DNA from: Octopus vulgaris
Lineage: Eukaryota
DNA length: 64,000 bases
Direction: 5' to 3'
NCBI GenBank assembly: GCA_951406725.2
Contig: OX597821.1
Coordinates: forward strand, 114,452,001 to 114,516,000
The notes under the pieces are model-generated. The model did no database searches. It saw only the letters and a program-made list of their open reading frames with translations, and was not told where the DNA came from. Shown piece after piece: positions 1 to 12,581 of this stretch. The position numbers were made by a program, and so were the translations under genes. Each line of letters opens with the position of its first letter. The first letter of the stretch is position 1.

Positions 1-290
1 ACAACCCTTTGAAGGAATTCCTTTCCTCAGTTTGTTACATTAGACCTAGGAAGACATGGGATGAGGTAGTCAAGCATGACCTTCAAACATTGGGCCTCAC
101 AGAGGCAATGACGAAAGACCGAGATCTCTGGAGATATGCTGTGACTGCAAAGACCCGACAAATAACGTGAGTTCATGGCTGCTTCCTGCACCAGTTTCAC
201 AGCCCCAGCCCATCCAAAGTACCTTGGATTGCAGAACGACCTGTTGTGCTTACCTTGGATTGTAGGGTGACTTGCTGTGCTTGAGGAGAC
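1..290 (+). mobile_element. 3' end of an RTE-clade LINE (RT C-terminus plus 3' UTR)
   Basis: Translates near 44-160 as RPRKTWDEVVKHDLQTLGLTEAMTKDRDLWRYAV, matching the (G)RP..W / DR..WR C-terminal motif of RTE ORFs. Confidence 0.75.
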
Positions 291-655
291 CTATAGAGTC
301 AAGTACATCAACATCAAAATAAATATCAAATGGAAATTGTAGTTATGATACCTGTGCCGGCGGCAAGTAAAAAGCACCATCCAAACGTGGCCGATGCCAG
401 CGCCGCCTTGACTGGCTCCTGTGCCGGTGGCACGTAAAAAGCACCAACCGATCGTGGCCGTTGCCAGCATCACCTGGCATGTAAAAAGCACCCACTACAC
501 TCACGGAGTGGTTGGCGCTAGGAAGGGCATCCAGCTGTAGAAACCCTGCCAGATCAGACTGGAGCCTGGTGCAGCCTCCTGGCTTCCCAGAACCCGGACG
601 AAACGTCCAACCCGTGCTAGCATGGAAAACGGACGTTAAACGATGATGATGATGA
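289..655 (+). mobile_element. SINE-like repeat family A (internal tandem modules, GGAAGGGCATCCAGCTGTAGAAAC core, (GAT)n tail)
   Basis: Near-identical copies at about 2308-2658, 18005-18270, 39506-39798, 49545-49905 and 62358-62696, and reversed at 6301-6675, 20853-21420, 40144-40465 and 60412-60875. Confidence 0.85.
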
Positions 656-789
656 TATATATAAACAGAGTTAATGGTTATAGTAACCACCTAAGGGATA
701 AAATATCTGTATATGCTATCAGTATCCATTACCTGTGTTATACCCAGGTGATGGTGTGCAGGCACACCATACACATTGAGTGCAGGTAA

Positions 790-1082
790 CAACAGGACAC
801 CCTCCCAGGCATAAATCCAGGCAAGGTCGTTTATGGAAGACCAACAGTCGCCCATGCATACTGGCCTCCCCTCTCTACGTCACCAGTGTTACCCAAGGGA
901 AAGGCAAAGGCCAATACAGCTTGGCACCTGTAACATTGTAACTCATTTCTACAGCTGAGTGAACTGGAGCAATGTGAAATAAAGTGCCTTGCTCAACAAC
1001 ACAACACGCAGCGCGGGCCGGGATTCGAACTTGCAACCTCACGATTGTAACCTCGATGCTCTAACACTGAATCATGCACCTT
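790..1082 (-). mobile_element. tRNA-derived SINE (CORE-like domain, RTE-related 3' part)
   Basis: The minus strand has a B box (GTTCGAATCC) followed by TTTATTTCACATTGCTCCAGTTCACTCAGCTGTAGAAATGAG, which family D copies also share. Confidence 0.65.
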
Positions 1083-1204
1083 CTCAACAACAGGATAAAC
1101 AAGAGTTTATCAGGTATCAATGCAAATTTTCTAATTATTTATATATATATATATATATATATACTCTTTCTCTCTTTTAGAGAATGTATATATATATATA
1201 TATA

Positions 1205-1598
1205 CTCTTTTACTTGTTTCAGTCATTTGACTGTGGCCATGCTGGAGCACCGCCTTTAGTCGAGCAAAATCGACCCCGGGACTTATTCTTTGTAAGCCTA
1301 GTACTTATTCTATCAGTCTCTTTTGCCGAACCGCTAAGTTACAGGGATGTAAACACACCAGCATCGGTTGTCAAGCGATGTTGGGAGGCCAAACACAGAC
1401 ACACAAACATATACACACACACATACATATATATATATGTATACATATATACAACAGGCTTCTTTCAGATTCCGTCTACCAAATCCACTCACAAGGCTTT
1501 GGTTGGCCCAAGGCTATAGTAGAAGACACTTGTCCAAAGTGTGACGCAGTGGGACTGAACCCAGAACCATGTGGTTGGTAAGCAAGTTACTTACCACA
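1205..1598 (-). mobile_element. tRNA-derived SINE family B (internal (TG)/(TA) microsatellite)
   Basis: Reverse complement of the full copies at 12582-12910 and 23587-23950; other minus copies at about 34973-35350, 38567-39128, 44461-44880 and 50433-50810. Confidence 0.85.
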
Positions 1599-3648
1599 CT
1601 ATCTTTTTTTTTTATCTGTTTCAATCATTAAATGGTGTTCACGCTAGGGCACAACTTTGAAGAAGTTTTTAGTTGAATGAATCAATTCCAGTCCTGTTTT
1701 GCTTTTTAAACCTGGTACTTAACTCTATCAACCTCTTATGCCGACCACTAATTTATGGGAACATAAACAAACCAACACCAGCTGTCAAGTGGTGGTGAGG
1801 TACACAAACACACACATACACACACACACACATGCACGCACGCAGACACACACACATGGCAACCTTCTTTATGTTTCCATCTACTAAATCCACTGACAAA
1901 GATTTGATTGGCCTGAGGCTGTAGCAGAAGACATTTACCTAAGGTGTACCACGGTGGGATTGAACCAAGAACCATACATTTGGAAAACAAACCTCTTATC
2001 ACACAGCCAAAATAATTTGTATATGGGTAATGTCTCATCTTAAACGGCCAAATAGAGAATATGCAAAGATAATGGATTTGATTAGAGGTGTGGCACTGTT
2101 AAAGGAAATTAAATCCAGCTTAACACACAATGACCAGGTGTGACCAAAGGTGTTGGCTTTATGATGGATGCTGGTTGATTGCACAAAGAGTTGGGAGCAA
2201 AGTGGAGGAGTGTAGTTCAGTGTTGCTGTAATAATAGAGCCTTAAAGCCTTAATACTGAGTTTGATAATGGGAGAAGAAATAGGACTGAGTTGGTTATTT
2301 GAAAATCAAAATAAATATCAAATGGAAATTGTAGTTGTGACACCTGTGCTGGTGGCACATAAAAAGCACCATTCAAACGTGGCCGATGCCAGCGCCGCCT
2401 TGACTGGTTTCTGTGCCAGTGGCATGTAAAAACACCAACCGATTGTGGCCGCTGCCAGCCTGGCACCTGTGCCGGCGGCATGTAAAAAGCACCCACTACA
2501 CTCATGGAGTGGTTGGTGTTAGGAAGGGCATCCAGCTGTAGAAACACTGCCAGATCAGACTGGAGCCTGGTGCAGCATCCTGCCTTCCCAGACCCCGGTC
2601 GAACTGTCCAACCCATGCTAGCATGGAAAACGGATGTTAAATGATGATGATGATGATGAAGTATTCTGTCAAAACAAAAAAAAAAGCATGTACTCCATTT
2701 AGTAGGTGCCCCTTTAAAGGTGCTGGCATGGCTACGTTTTTAAGATGTTCATTTCCCAACCATGTAGTTTTGGGTTCAATCCTACTCTGCAGCAGGTTGG
2801 GCAAATGTCTTCTACAATAGTCTCAAGTCAACCAAGGTCTTGTGAGTGGATTTAGTAGGCACAAACCAAAGGCTTGTCATGTGTGTGTGTGTATGTGATT
2901 GTGTGTGTACATCCATATGTATGTATACATGTGTGTGTGTATGTGTGTTTCTTCATCTTGACATCATGTGACAGTTGTAAGCAAGCATCACTGTGCCTAT
3001 TCATCATCATAAATTATGATCTCAATTTATCTGTCCCCCCACAATAAATTTCATATTTTTCTTGACTAATCTTAAACTTATGAGACCAAACTTTTCCTTC
3101 ATTTGTTACAGGCAACAGCATCAGAGCCTATTTTAAACTAACTAATCATTCATAATTAACATTTTTTTTTTTCTTTTTTAATGAACTTTAAGTAGAGACG
3201 ATGAGCTCATACAGAAAAAGTCATTCCAGATTGGAAACCTAATTCCAAAAAAGCTAGACATGTACAGTAAATGTGTATCTTTAACCTTTGACATTAACAT
3301 GACAATGCTGAACTTTCTACAATAGGAACAAGCAAGCAAAAATGAAATCCTGAAGCAGGGAATTATTTAGCTTTCATTAGATGAAAGCCACATAAGAATT
3401 TTGTACACGATACTCAATGCAGGAAAACTAACAAAAGACTCTGATGCTTGTTAGTTAGGTTTCAGTATTCTGTAGCTCTAGGCTAGTCCGTTTCCATTTT
3501 TAACATAATCAAGAAGTCGAATAAAAATCTGGAGTTATCCTTTAACAGATTCATATTTTGTCACAGACGTGATTCGCCAGTCACAACAAAAGACAAGTCT
3601 CAGCTCTGTGAACCAGTATTTGGAATCTTAGTGCTGATAAGTTTCAAA

Positions 3649-4229
3649 GGCTGTCATAGCTGGGAGTGGTAGCAGGGATAAGCTCCCACTGCCTACAAAG
3701 TGCTCCCATGGCGTGCGTCTCAAATAGCCTCTGACAGTCAAGTCCAACTCCTGGCCTTCCCGCGGCAAAACTGTTCCCACTGACAGGAGAAGGGGCAAAG
3801 GCGAGTCACTGGCACCTTAAAACCAGTTGCTTCGGGTAGTTGGGGCTCGATAGCCTTGACTGGCAGCCCAACTAGGAGAGGGAAATTCCTATTTCAAACC
3901 TCCGTTGTCTTGCGGCAAGAACCCCTCCTGGGGAAGGCTAAGAGAGTAAACCCCGACAGAAAATCCGGAGCTGGAGTCCCTAAGGTGACCTGACACAACA
4001 TGTCACCACCAGCAACTCCTGCAACGCATCTAGTACCAAGCTGTATCAACCGGTCGTTCTTTTGGAGCTACCAGCAGCGTGGAGAGGGGGGATCAAACTG
4101 CATGGGCAACAGTTGATCCCTCATACAAACCTGCCCAGGCCTTGTAGCTCAACAGAAGAGGCAGATAAACCCACCACCTTTTCTGAGCTACACCATCGTC
4201 TCTCGAGACGGACAGATGCCGATGGGGAC
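3649..4229 (+). mobile_element. GC-rich non-autonomous retroposon, probably derived from an RTE 5' UTR
   Basis: Sharp GC-rich island flanked by the direct repeat TGCTGATAA (3632-3640, 4230-4238). Contains GGCAGCCCAACTAGGAGAGGGAAATTCCTATTTCAAACC, similar to RTE 5'-UTR motifs as recalled. Confidence 0.6.
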
Positions 4230-4299
4230 TGCTGATAATTCCAGAATTTTCAAATGCATTAACAGAAAACAACAGAAAGTCAAAACAAGATCACTTTAA

Positions 4300-4586
4300 C
4301 CCTTTTGTTGCCATATTTCTGTTGAGATACACAGCCTTTGTTTCAGTTCATTTTGAAAATTATGATGAATTTAGTAAAATAAGTTTGTCATTATCAACTT
4401 GGTATTTTGAAATTAAATTAACACAAAATTTTAGTGGGAAAGTTTTAATTAGATTACGTTAAAGCAGAAAGTTTCTATCATGGAACCAGGAGGGAACAGG
4501 TTCAGGCACATTGGTATCAGAAGGGTTTAAACAGGATGTTAGTATCATAGACCAAGGCAGTTTCAAGTGGTTTAGTATCAAAAGGG
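4300..4586. mobile_element. piggyBac-type MITE
   Basis: TTAA|CCCTTTTG ... CAAAAGGG|TTAA termini; left end similar to the element at 52105. Confidence 0.7.
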
Positions 4587-4697
4587 TTAAATAGCTTAGG
4601 GTCCAGAAATGTGTGTTTAGAACAATTTTAAAATTTCAGTCAGATATAATAATTCTGCCGACCTGTTAGTCAAACATCATCATCATCAACAATGTTA

Positions 4698-5115
4698 ATA
4701 TTTATTTCTTTATTGCCCACAAGGGGCTAAACATAGAGGGAACAAACAAGAACAGACAAAGGGATTAAGTCGATTACATCGACCCCAGTGCGTAACTGGT
4801 ACTTATTTAATCGACCCTGAAAGGATGAAAGGCAAAGTCGACCTCGGCAGAATATGAACTCAGAATGTAACGGCAGACAAAATGCCTATTTCTTTAATAC
4901 CCACAAGGGGCTAAACACAGAGAGGACAAACAAGGACAGACAAACGGATTAAATCAATCATATCGACCCCAGTGCATAACTGGTACTGAATTTATCGACC
5001 CCGAAAGGATGAAAGGCAAAGTTGACCTCGGCAGAATTTGAACTCAGAATGTAACAGCAGACAAAATACCGCTAAGTATTTTGCCCGGCATGCTAACAAT
5101 TCTGCCAGCTCACCG
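4698..5115 (-). mobile_element. Dimeric tRNA-derived SINE family C
   Basis: Two tandem units containing GAGTTCAAATTC...CTTTGCCTTTCATCCTTTCGGGGTCGAT on the minus strand; same layout at 14466-14881. Confidence 0.8.
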
Positions 5116-5931
5116 AAACAGTGATTTTTACATTGTATTCCTGAAACTAGCACGAAACAAAGTGGACTTCGACATATTCATTATTGAGTAAGAGAAGAAG
5201 AAAAAAAATCTTTAAAAAAATCTAAATTTCTAGCAGTTGCCTCACCCTAGCTCTACTCTGATCAAGCAAGCAGCCTATGATGAAGGACAGTCTACATGCC
5301 ACTAGTCCATCTTCTCAGACAGTTTAATTTGAGCTACATTATCCAGTACATATTTCCTCTTTCACTTTTAGAGATAGATTTGGCTGCTGTTTCTAGCATA
5401 TATAGTAACTCTGTAGCAGCTTATTCATTTGGTTTATTTGGGATCTGATCTTCCAAGAAAACTTGGCAATTCCAGAGTTTATATCCTACTTTCGTTTCAT
5501 CAACTGCAGCAATTTTTCTTTCATTATGTTTAGCAGCCAGCAAAGCTTTATATATCCTCATCATCATCATTTAATGCCGATTTTCCATGCAGGCATGGGT
5601 TGGACAGTTTGACACATCAGCTTTGGCATGGTTTCTATGGCTGGATGCCTTTCCTTATGCCAGCCGCTTAAGAAGGGTAAGATGAGAGATATAGGAGTGG
5701 CTCAGGAACAGGAGTAAATCAGAAAGGAGTGGGGTGATGTGTAAAGTGTAAAAGCAGTAGAGATGGAGACATGGAGGTACATCTGGGACTACAGTAAATG
5801 GGGCATGATGAGAAGGCAGGGGCACTGAGATAAGAGAGATGTTAAGAATGGAGTATAGAAGAGGAGAGAGAGAGAGAGAGCAGTGGCTGAAGGCACAAGG
5901 AGATGATTGGTAGAAATAGTGATGTCTGAAA

Positions 5932-6052
5932 TTATTTAAGAAGATAGCATCAGTCGTACATCTCCCCGGCACAAAACCAAACTGCATCTCATCTAATGAG
6001 ATTCCACTTCTGATTAATTAGGCTATCAATCTCTCCTTAACTTGAATGACCT
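5932..6052 (-). mobile_element. RTE LINE reverse transcriptase fragment
   Basis: EMQFGFVPGRCTTDAIF, the QFGF..GR.T.DAIF RT motif. Confidence 0.75.
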
Positions 6053-6267
6053 TTATGCATGCGCGCGCGTGTGTGTGTGTGTATGTGTGTGTCATACATG
6101 CATAGAGTTATGGATTTATACACCCAACAAAGTATTATTGCTAAGCTGAAACTGTTGCTGATGTAAAAAGAAATGGAATGGTGAAACTATTTTTTTCATT
6201 TTCTGAAAAAGCAACGTTTTGGACTTACGACACTTTTGCAGAATAGCAACGATATGTGTAGCCACAC

Positions 6268-6301
<34 letters not shown>

Positions 6302-7374
6302 CATCACCATCATCATCGTTTAACGTCCGCATTCCATGCTAGCATGGGTTGGACGAATGACTGAAGGCTGGTGAACCAGATGGCTGCACCAGACTCCAAT
6401 CTTGATTTGGCAGAGTTTCTACAGCTGGATGCCCTTCCTAACGCCAACCGCTCCGAGAGTGTAGTGGGTGCATTTATGTGCCACAGGCATGGGGGGCAGT
6501 CAGGCAGTACTGGCAACGACCATGCTCGAAATCGTTTTTTTTTTACACATGCCAATGATACAGGTGCCAATAAAGCGATGCTGGTAATGATCCCACTCAA
6601 ATGGTGCCTCCTACATGCCACCGGCACGGAAGCCAGTTAGCCGCTCTAGCAACGATCACGCTCAGATGGTGATCCAGGCATGGCTATACGTGCCATTGTG
6701 GATATAGGTACAAGTGTTGCTTAAGCTATGTGGTTGAGAAGCTTGCTTTCCAAGCATGTGGTCATGAGTTCAGTCCCATTAAGCAGCACAATGGGCAAGT
6801 GTGTCTTCTGCAAAACCTTATGAAGAGATTTGAGAAACTGAAAGAAGCTGATTGTGTATGTGTGTGTGTGTGTGTGGTTTAATGTCCACTTTCCATGCAG
6901 TCATGGGGTGGAAGGATTGGCACAGCTAGGATCAGCATGCATTTGGGAATTCTGCTCATTGATATTGTTCAAAGGATCTCATCACACAGTTTACTTTGGT
7001 TAGAGTTCTATGGCTGGGTACCATTCCTAACACCAACCACTTTACAGGGCGTACAGAAGGATTTCTTTTTCGTGACATCAGCACTAGAGAGGTTTGATGT
7101 CATCATCTAGTGACTAAAAGGGCCTTACATCCCCACATTTCTGCTCCCTCAACAACCTCTTTGCATAGTGAGAAGCATGACAGAAGTATGAGTAACAGTG
7201 ATGAGAAGGTTGTGTGATGAGGAGTAGAGTGACAGGAGACCTCGGAATTCTGATAGAGGTGTGTATATCGAAGGCAATGTAACGTGATTGAACGATCCTT
7301 GTTATTTAGGAAGAATAACACGTCTTAATTGCAGCTGAAATATGAAAAAAAGGATTCCAAAACGAAACAAATTG

Positions 7375-7541
7375 CCGTATTTATTCGTGTTCAAGTCGCA
7401 CTTTTTTATGCTTGAGTTGGAGAGGGAAAAAAATAGGGTGCGACTTATACAAGGGGAAAAGCCAAAATTATGAAGAGGAAATTTCGCCCCGTCATTCAAC
7501 ACTAAATTAGGGGTGCGACTTATACACGAGTAAATATATGG
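7375..7541. mobile_element. Tc1/pogo-type MITE
   Basis: Imperfect TIRs CCGTATTTATTCGTGTTCAAGTCGCAC / GTGCGACTTATACACGAGTAAATATATGG, followed by TA. Confidence 0.7.
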
Positions 7542-7796
7542 TAACTTCACAACAAACAAGTTATTTTCATTGCAACCCAAAACACCCAGACCGTCAAACG
7601 AAATCATTGCCAGCTACTGACGAGCAAAAGTGAAAGTGGAAACTAAACCCTTCCCCCAAAGATTATCGGGAAACTGAATTGAAAGTGAAGTAAATCTTCA
7701 AACCAAGTCTTAAGCGAATTTATCCATTTCCATTCGGGGAGGAGGCTCTGTAAAGCTTGCTCGCGCCCACTAAACTTCAGGCTTATTCTTTATAAG

Positions 7797-7894
7797 TTAA
7801 CATCTAATGTTTGCATAGAAATAACTGTCGAGTCGGAAATCAATAGGAGTTGAGTCACAGACACAAAAGCCTGTTATCGTGTCTGTGAAACCAA
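7797..7894 (-). CDS. Exon 2 part of a spliced 53-aa upstream ORF (PRL/PTP4A-uORF-like): (V)GFTDTITGFCVCDSTPIDFRLDSYFYANIRC*
   Basis: Strong minus-strand acceptor (T-run then CTTCTTCTAG, AG at 7896-7895). The phase-1 join with exon 11343-11406 gives an open frame to TAA at 7799-7797. Family resemblance is from memory only. Confidence 0.6.
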
Positions 7895-10800
7895 CTAGAA
7901 GAAGAAAAAAATACTTTATGTTAAACCAGTAAAAAACAAAGTTCAAATCTACACATAAAGAAGGATTTTATTTTATATTGATTAAAATCAACGAACCGAT
8001 ATCGACTTTGAAGTAAAAAGACAAAAAAAGGAAAGAAATTCTTGAGATGGCGACAGTTAAGTTTGTATAACTCTCCATTTTAATTTCTGCACACAAAGCG
8101 AAAATAAAAGATTGTGACAGTGTAGAATCTTTGCCAAGTCGTTCACTATGCTATAAGAACCGTGCACATACATTCTTCATTTCCTTTTGCAACGATCCAA
8201 CAAGAGAGTCACTATGTGGGGGTTAACTCTGCTAGAAACAGCAACCAAACCTACCTCAAATCAGACACTAGCGTCTTAGACAATGAAGGCGCACAATGTA
8301 GGTCTAGAATGCCTTTGATCTTGAGTGTGTACGACCATTTTTAACCCGGGGCTAAACTCAATAGTAATTGTCATTCACATTGTATATGTAGTCGATTAAA
8401 TCGTGGTTAGGGGTCGGCTAGTATGACAGGCAACACTGACTCCTGGGGGATATGAGTCCAGAACGCAGCGGGGTGTATTCTGTCAGGTTGTACCAAATTA
8501 CGAGAGAGAAATAAAATACATCTAACAGAGAAATATCTAGATTTAACATAAGGCAGAACAACAATAACATGAACTTAGCATCATTAAGTTCCACTGAGTC
8601 GTGAAGATTTTTGCCAAAATAAAATTAAAACTGCTGACGTGTGGATAGTGAAGTTTTTTTGAAAAATCAGCAGAAGAAACGATGAAGAGTGGGAAATATC
8701 CAAAAAGTGAAGAAATTGGAGTAAAAGAGATTACAGAATCTAAGGAGTAAACTTGTTGAAATGGCAGGGAAAAAAAAATAAAGTTTAACTTGTAGCGAAA
8801 GATCGGAGCGGCTAATTAAGCATAATTTGATGTAATGAGGTGAAAGCAAGCGAGTTAGACGGATGGGTGTGACATGATGATGCGATGGGAAGAGCAGAAA
8901 TAACTGCAGACTTATTTAAAAGTGAACAAAGAGAAGTCTGTGTGTGTGTGTGTTTAGACTGGATAAATATAGAGATAAAAAAGAAGGTACAAGAATAAGG
9001 GAAATCAAACAGGAGGGAAATAGTGATGTGAAAGCTCTTGGGTGGTAATTTAGTTTTATTAGCACTAATTAAAAATACAATAGGAATAAGCATTTGTAAT
9101 TTCTCATATATATGTTGTTCTTCACACACACACACGTGTATGTGTGTGTGACAATAAACTTAAATCAGATTCTTGGTGTAATTAATTATCATGTGGAAAG
9201 TGGATAATAAATACGAAGATATTTGTTTTTTCCGCATTAAACATCGAAATTTGAAATATACAACCGATGAAAAATGTTTTTGTTTTGCTGAGTTTTTGTT
9301 TTTTTTAAGAGAATAATGGTGTTAAAGGAATATTACGAAAGGCCTCTACTATTTTGCGTTTCAATAGATTTCTCTACATGTATTTATGTGGGTTTTAGAA
9401 TGGTTACGAAAACTATGCATCTTGTTACAGCCATGCACCTTTGTCAATTACATAGATGTGTGCAGCCAGATGCAGTTTAATTTGCGTCTTGAGAATATCC
9501 TTATTCGTATGTATGTAGCATTTGTGTATACATATATATATATATATATATATATGTATAAATATACGGGTGTGCGTGTAAGTGCATATGTGTATATATA
9601 TACGTGTATCCAAATATGTGTTTGTATTTGTATGTAAATATGTTTGCATAATAAATATTCGTGTACGTATGTAAATATTTATATGGACGTGTGTGTAGGT
9701 ATTTTATTTTTAATGTATGTGTATGCATGTGTATCATTCCAAGTTGTTATTCCAGTGGTGCCGTGTAGAACTGTCAAAACATTGCAGGTTTTCAGAAGAA
9801 AGAGAAAGAAACGTGAAGATATTCGATGACGTAAATCTTTAAACACCGCAAAGAGAAATGGTGCTTGTTGTTTTCTTTGGATGTTACAGCCGTGTGTTGT
9901 TATATCGGAGGAATTAATATTATACTAATCTACAGTCAGAGTAGATTGTAAAATTCACAAATAACACCAGACAGATGTTATATATTCATGTCTGAAATCA
10001 CTTTATTTACAGAGTATCGACTACAATTAAAGAATATTTACTCTGTAAGTTCTCAAGAGACGAAACTTTTGAGGGGTTTTTTTTTCTTAAATGTTGAATG
10101 AAATACATTTATAAAAAAAACAATTTCACAAAGAAATGCGTAAATGTGTGACGAAAGGCTGACATAAACGTAAATACAAAAAAAAAATAGCATAACCATC
10201 GTAATATAAACGAACGAAGCGACGAGATAGAATCTACGTGGTGTTGTAACCTGCTAGAAATAGCAGCTAAATCTCGTTAACCTCACGTTTTAAAAAGACG
10301 TGTGACATGAAGGAGACCTAGATAGATTATGCCTGGAAAAAAGTGATGGCACGAATGGCAAGTCTTTTGATTATTCAGAGCCCGTCTGGGGGATAAATCT
10401 CAACTATATATATATATAATTCGGTTAAATTTTTTTTTTAAATAAATAAAAATAAAAAAAATAAATAAAGGGATAAAAGTTTGAACATTCTCTCTCTCTT
10501 GTTTATAACTAAATGGCACTAAATTATTGCCCTATAATAAATCGATGTCTGATATGTAGAATTAATTTTTTTAAATATGTGTTTTTTTTAATATTATAGA
10601 AAACTAATTAAGAAATCATAAGAGCGGAAGTGTAAAAACGAAGGCATAAATGGATGTAATTAGATCAGATCCAGTAAAATTGGAGTCGTTTAAAATTGAC
10701 GCTAGAAGACAAATTTACTTGATTAAATGACATCGGTGGAGGAAACCCTCCACCTCTGCTACCCAAAATGGTTTTAATAGAAATAGGACATGTGGAACAG

Positions 10801-11342
10801 AGACAAACACTTGGAACAGAAAACAGATGCTTGTCTGAGATTATTGTGGAGTTTATTAAAGCTTAATAAGTAATTTAGTAGGGTTAATATGGACGTTCAG
10901 GAGAAAAATTAATATATAAAGTTATATATTAAAATTACTTGTGTTTTGATTACTTTAAGAGGAATGTTAGAAAAGGAAAATATTGGTTGTGAGTCAAGCA
11001 GCTGTCAACATAACAAGTAATTGTGGTTTTTGTATCACTGCTAAAATGTTTGATCTTATTCAGGCACTATTAGGTACCATAAACTAAATTCATGTAAATT
11101 TTAAAAGATTTTTTACAGTACTAAACAATTCGACAGTGGTCAACCCTCAGCTAGTAAATTAGTAAATGAATCAATGCTTGATAGAGAGAGAGAGGATTAA
11201 TAAATGATAAAAAGCGATTATTTGTGGCTGTGTTGGGCTTTCAATAAACTCACCGGTTTCTAACACAAACACTTGCCAATAAAACCGGAGTCGTTCAGTA
11301 ATCTTAAAAGACATGCTAAAGATAAAAAGATAAACGAAATAC

Positions 11343-11406
11343 CTAAATACAGTATCGTAAGACCAAAGTGCGTATCGTTCAGCAGAGAGTGACAGTAACA
11401 ATCCAT
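11343..11406 (-). CDS. Exon 1 part of the spliced uORF: MDCYCHSLLNDTHFGLTILYL
   Basis: ATG at 11406, donor TTAG|GTATTT at 11342; unique, CpG-containing sequence next to a YY1-like motif. Confidence 0.55.
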
Positions 11407-11441
11407 TGAAGACTCGACGTGGCAACGATGGAAGCTGCCAT
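11379..11441 (-). CDS. Short overlapping uORF1 (MAASIVATSSLQWIVTVTLC*, 20 aa)
   Basis: ATG in strong context (AAGATGG) at 11441, TGA at 11381-11379; out of frame with and overlapping the spliced uORF. Confidence 0.4.
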   Translation of the reverse strand: MAASIVATSSLQWIVTVTLC

Positions 11442-11445
11442 CTTG
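11434..11445 (-). promoter_or_regulatory. YY1-like motif marking a probable housekeeping TSS of the minus-strand gene
   Basis: CAAGATGGCAGC on the minus strand (YY1 consensus AAGATGGCGGC), local CpG enrichment, donor about 90 nt downstream. Confidence 0.5.
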
Positions 11446-12581
11446 CAGCTGTACGGGCCGCTTACAACATTCACTTTATTACGAAAACAATTCTTTGTTT
11501 TATTTGATGGTAAAGTTTCCAAACCTAATTATGTCAATAATTTTAATATTATTTTAAACATTACGATGATCTAAATTAGTATACGACTTCTTTATATTAT
11601 TTAGTTGTTTTACTCGTAAGCGACAAATAATTATTAAAGCATTTCTCCGCATGGTGTTTGTTACTTAAACACAAACGTAATTAACTTTATTTTCTTATTT
11701 ATACTTTGGCGTCAGACATGAGAATTGTGCCTTTTTTTTTCCAAAGACAGAAATAAAGTAAAACGTTTCCGTCTACCCAGTTTCCCTGATAAGGTATAGT
11801 TTAACCCGAATCTATAGCAAAATGACACTTGGTCAAAATACCACCCAGGTCCTCCTCTTTACAAAGCTAATTTCTTAACCATTCGACCATATTCTTCCCC
11901 CAGCCACCCAGGTATATAATAAAATTCGTTCTAATCTTCAAGGGTACCCTTTCCCCCTAATTTCGTGCCCTTGTGTTAATGTTAGAAACCACTATAGCAG
12001 AAAGGGTATAGCTGACCATCCGACTGAATACCCACAACAAATTGAGTTCTCATTGATTTCGAGTTTGTGATTTACCCTTACTTGATGAAGGCGATGCTCC
12101 AGCATGGCCCAAGCCTTTGGCTGAAACCAGTACCAAAATAAAAGATCTGTTGGTGCTGCTGATGATGATGATGTTGTTTAGCCTCAGTTCAACTACGATC
12201 GAACAGATATATGAACAACAAAGGCGTTCCTACCACGACCATCCAATTTTTTAAGTGAAACTAAGAATACATTTTCAGTAGTTGATTATGAGGCTGCTAT
12301 TTCTAGCAGACCGAACGACCATGTAAAAACTTAAGGATAAAAATAAAAGCTCTTGCACTGATTATTTTTTTTTACTTGGTTCAGTCATTGAACTGCGGCC
12401 TTGCTGGAGCACTGTCTTGACAAGTTTATTCACACAAATGAACCCCAGGACTTATTTTGTGTCTGGTTGTCATTCCATTGATCTCTGTCAAACAGTTGTG
12501 TTACAGGGATATAAGCAAACCTACACTGGTTGTCAGTCATAGGAAGACAACACACATGCACACAGATAGATAGACAGATAG

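Noticed and set aside
350-500. CRISPR-like repeat-spacer pattern
   Set aside because: The 'spacers' are related to each other and recur in dispersed copies; the context is eukaryotic with no cas genes. These are SINE-internal tandem modules.
1-7300. Main CDS (PRL phosphatase) of the minus-strand gene
   Set aside because: I found no PRL-like exon by eye in the non-repeat stretches, so no gene symbol is assigned.
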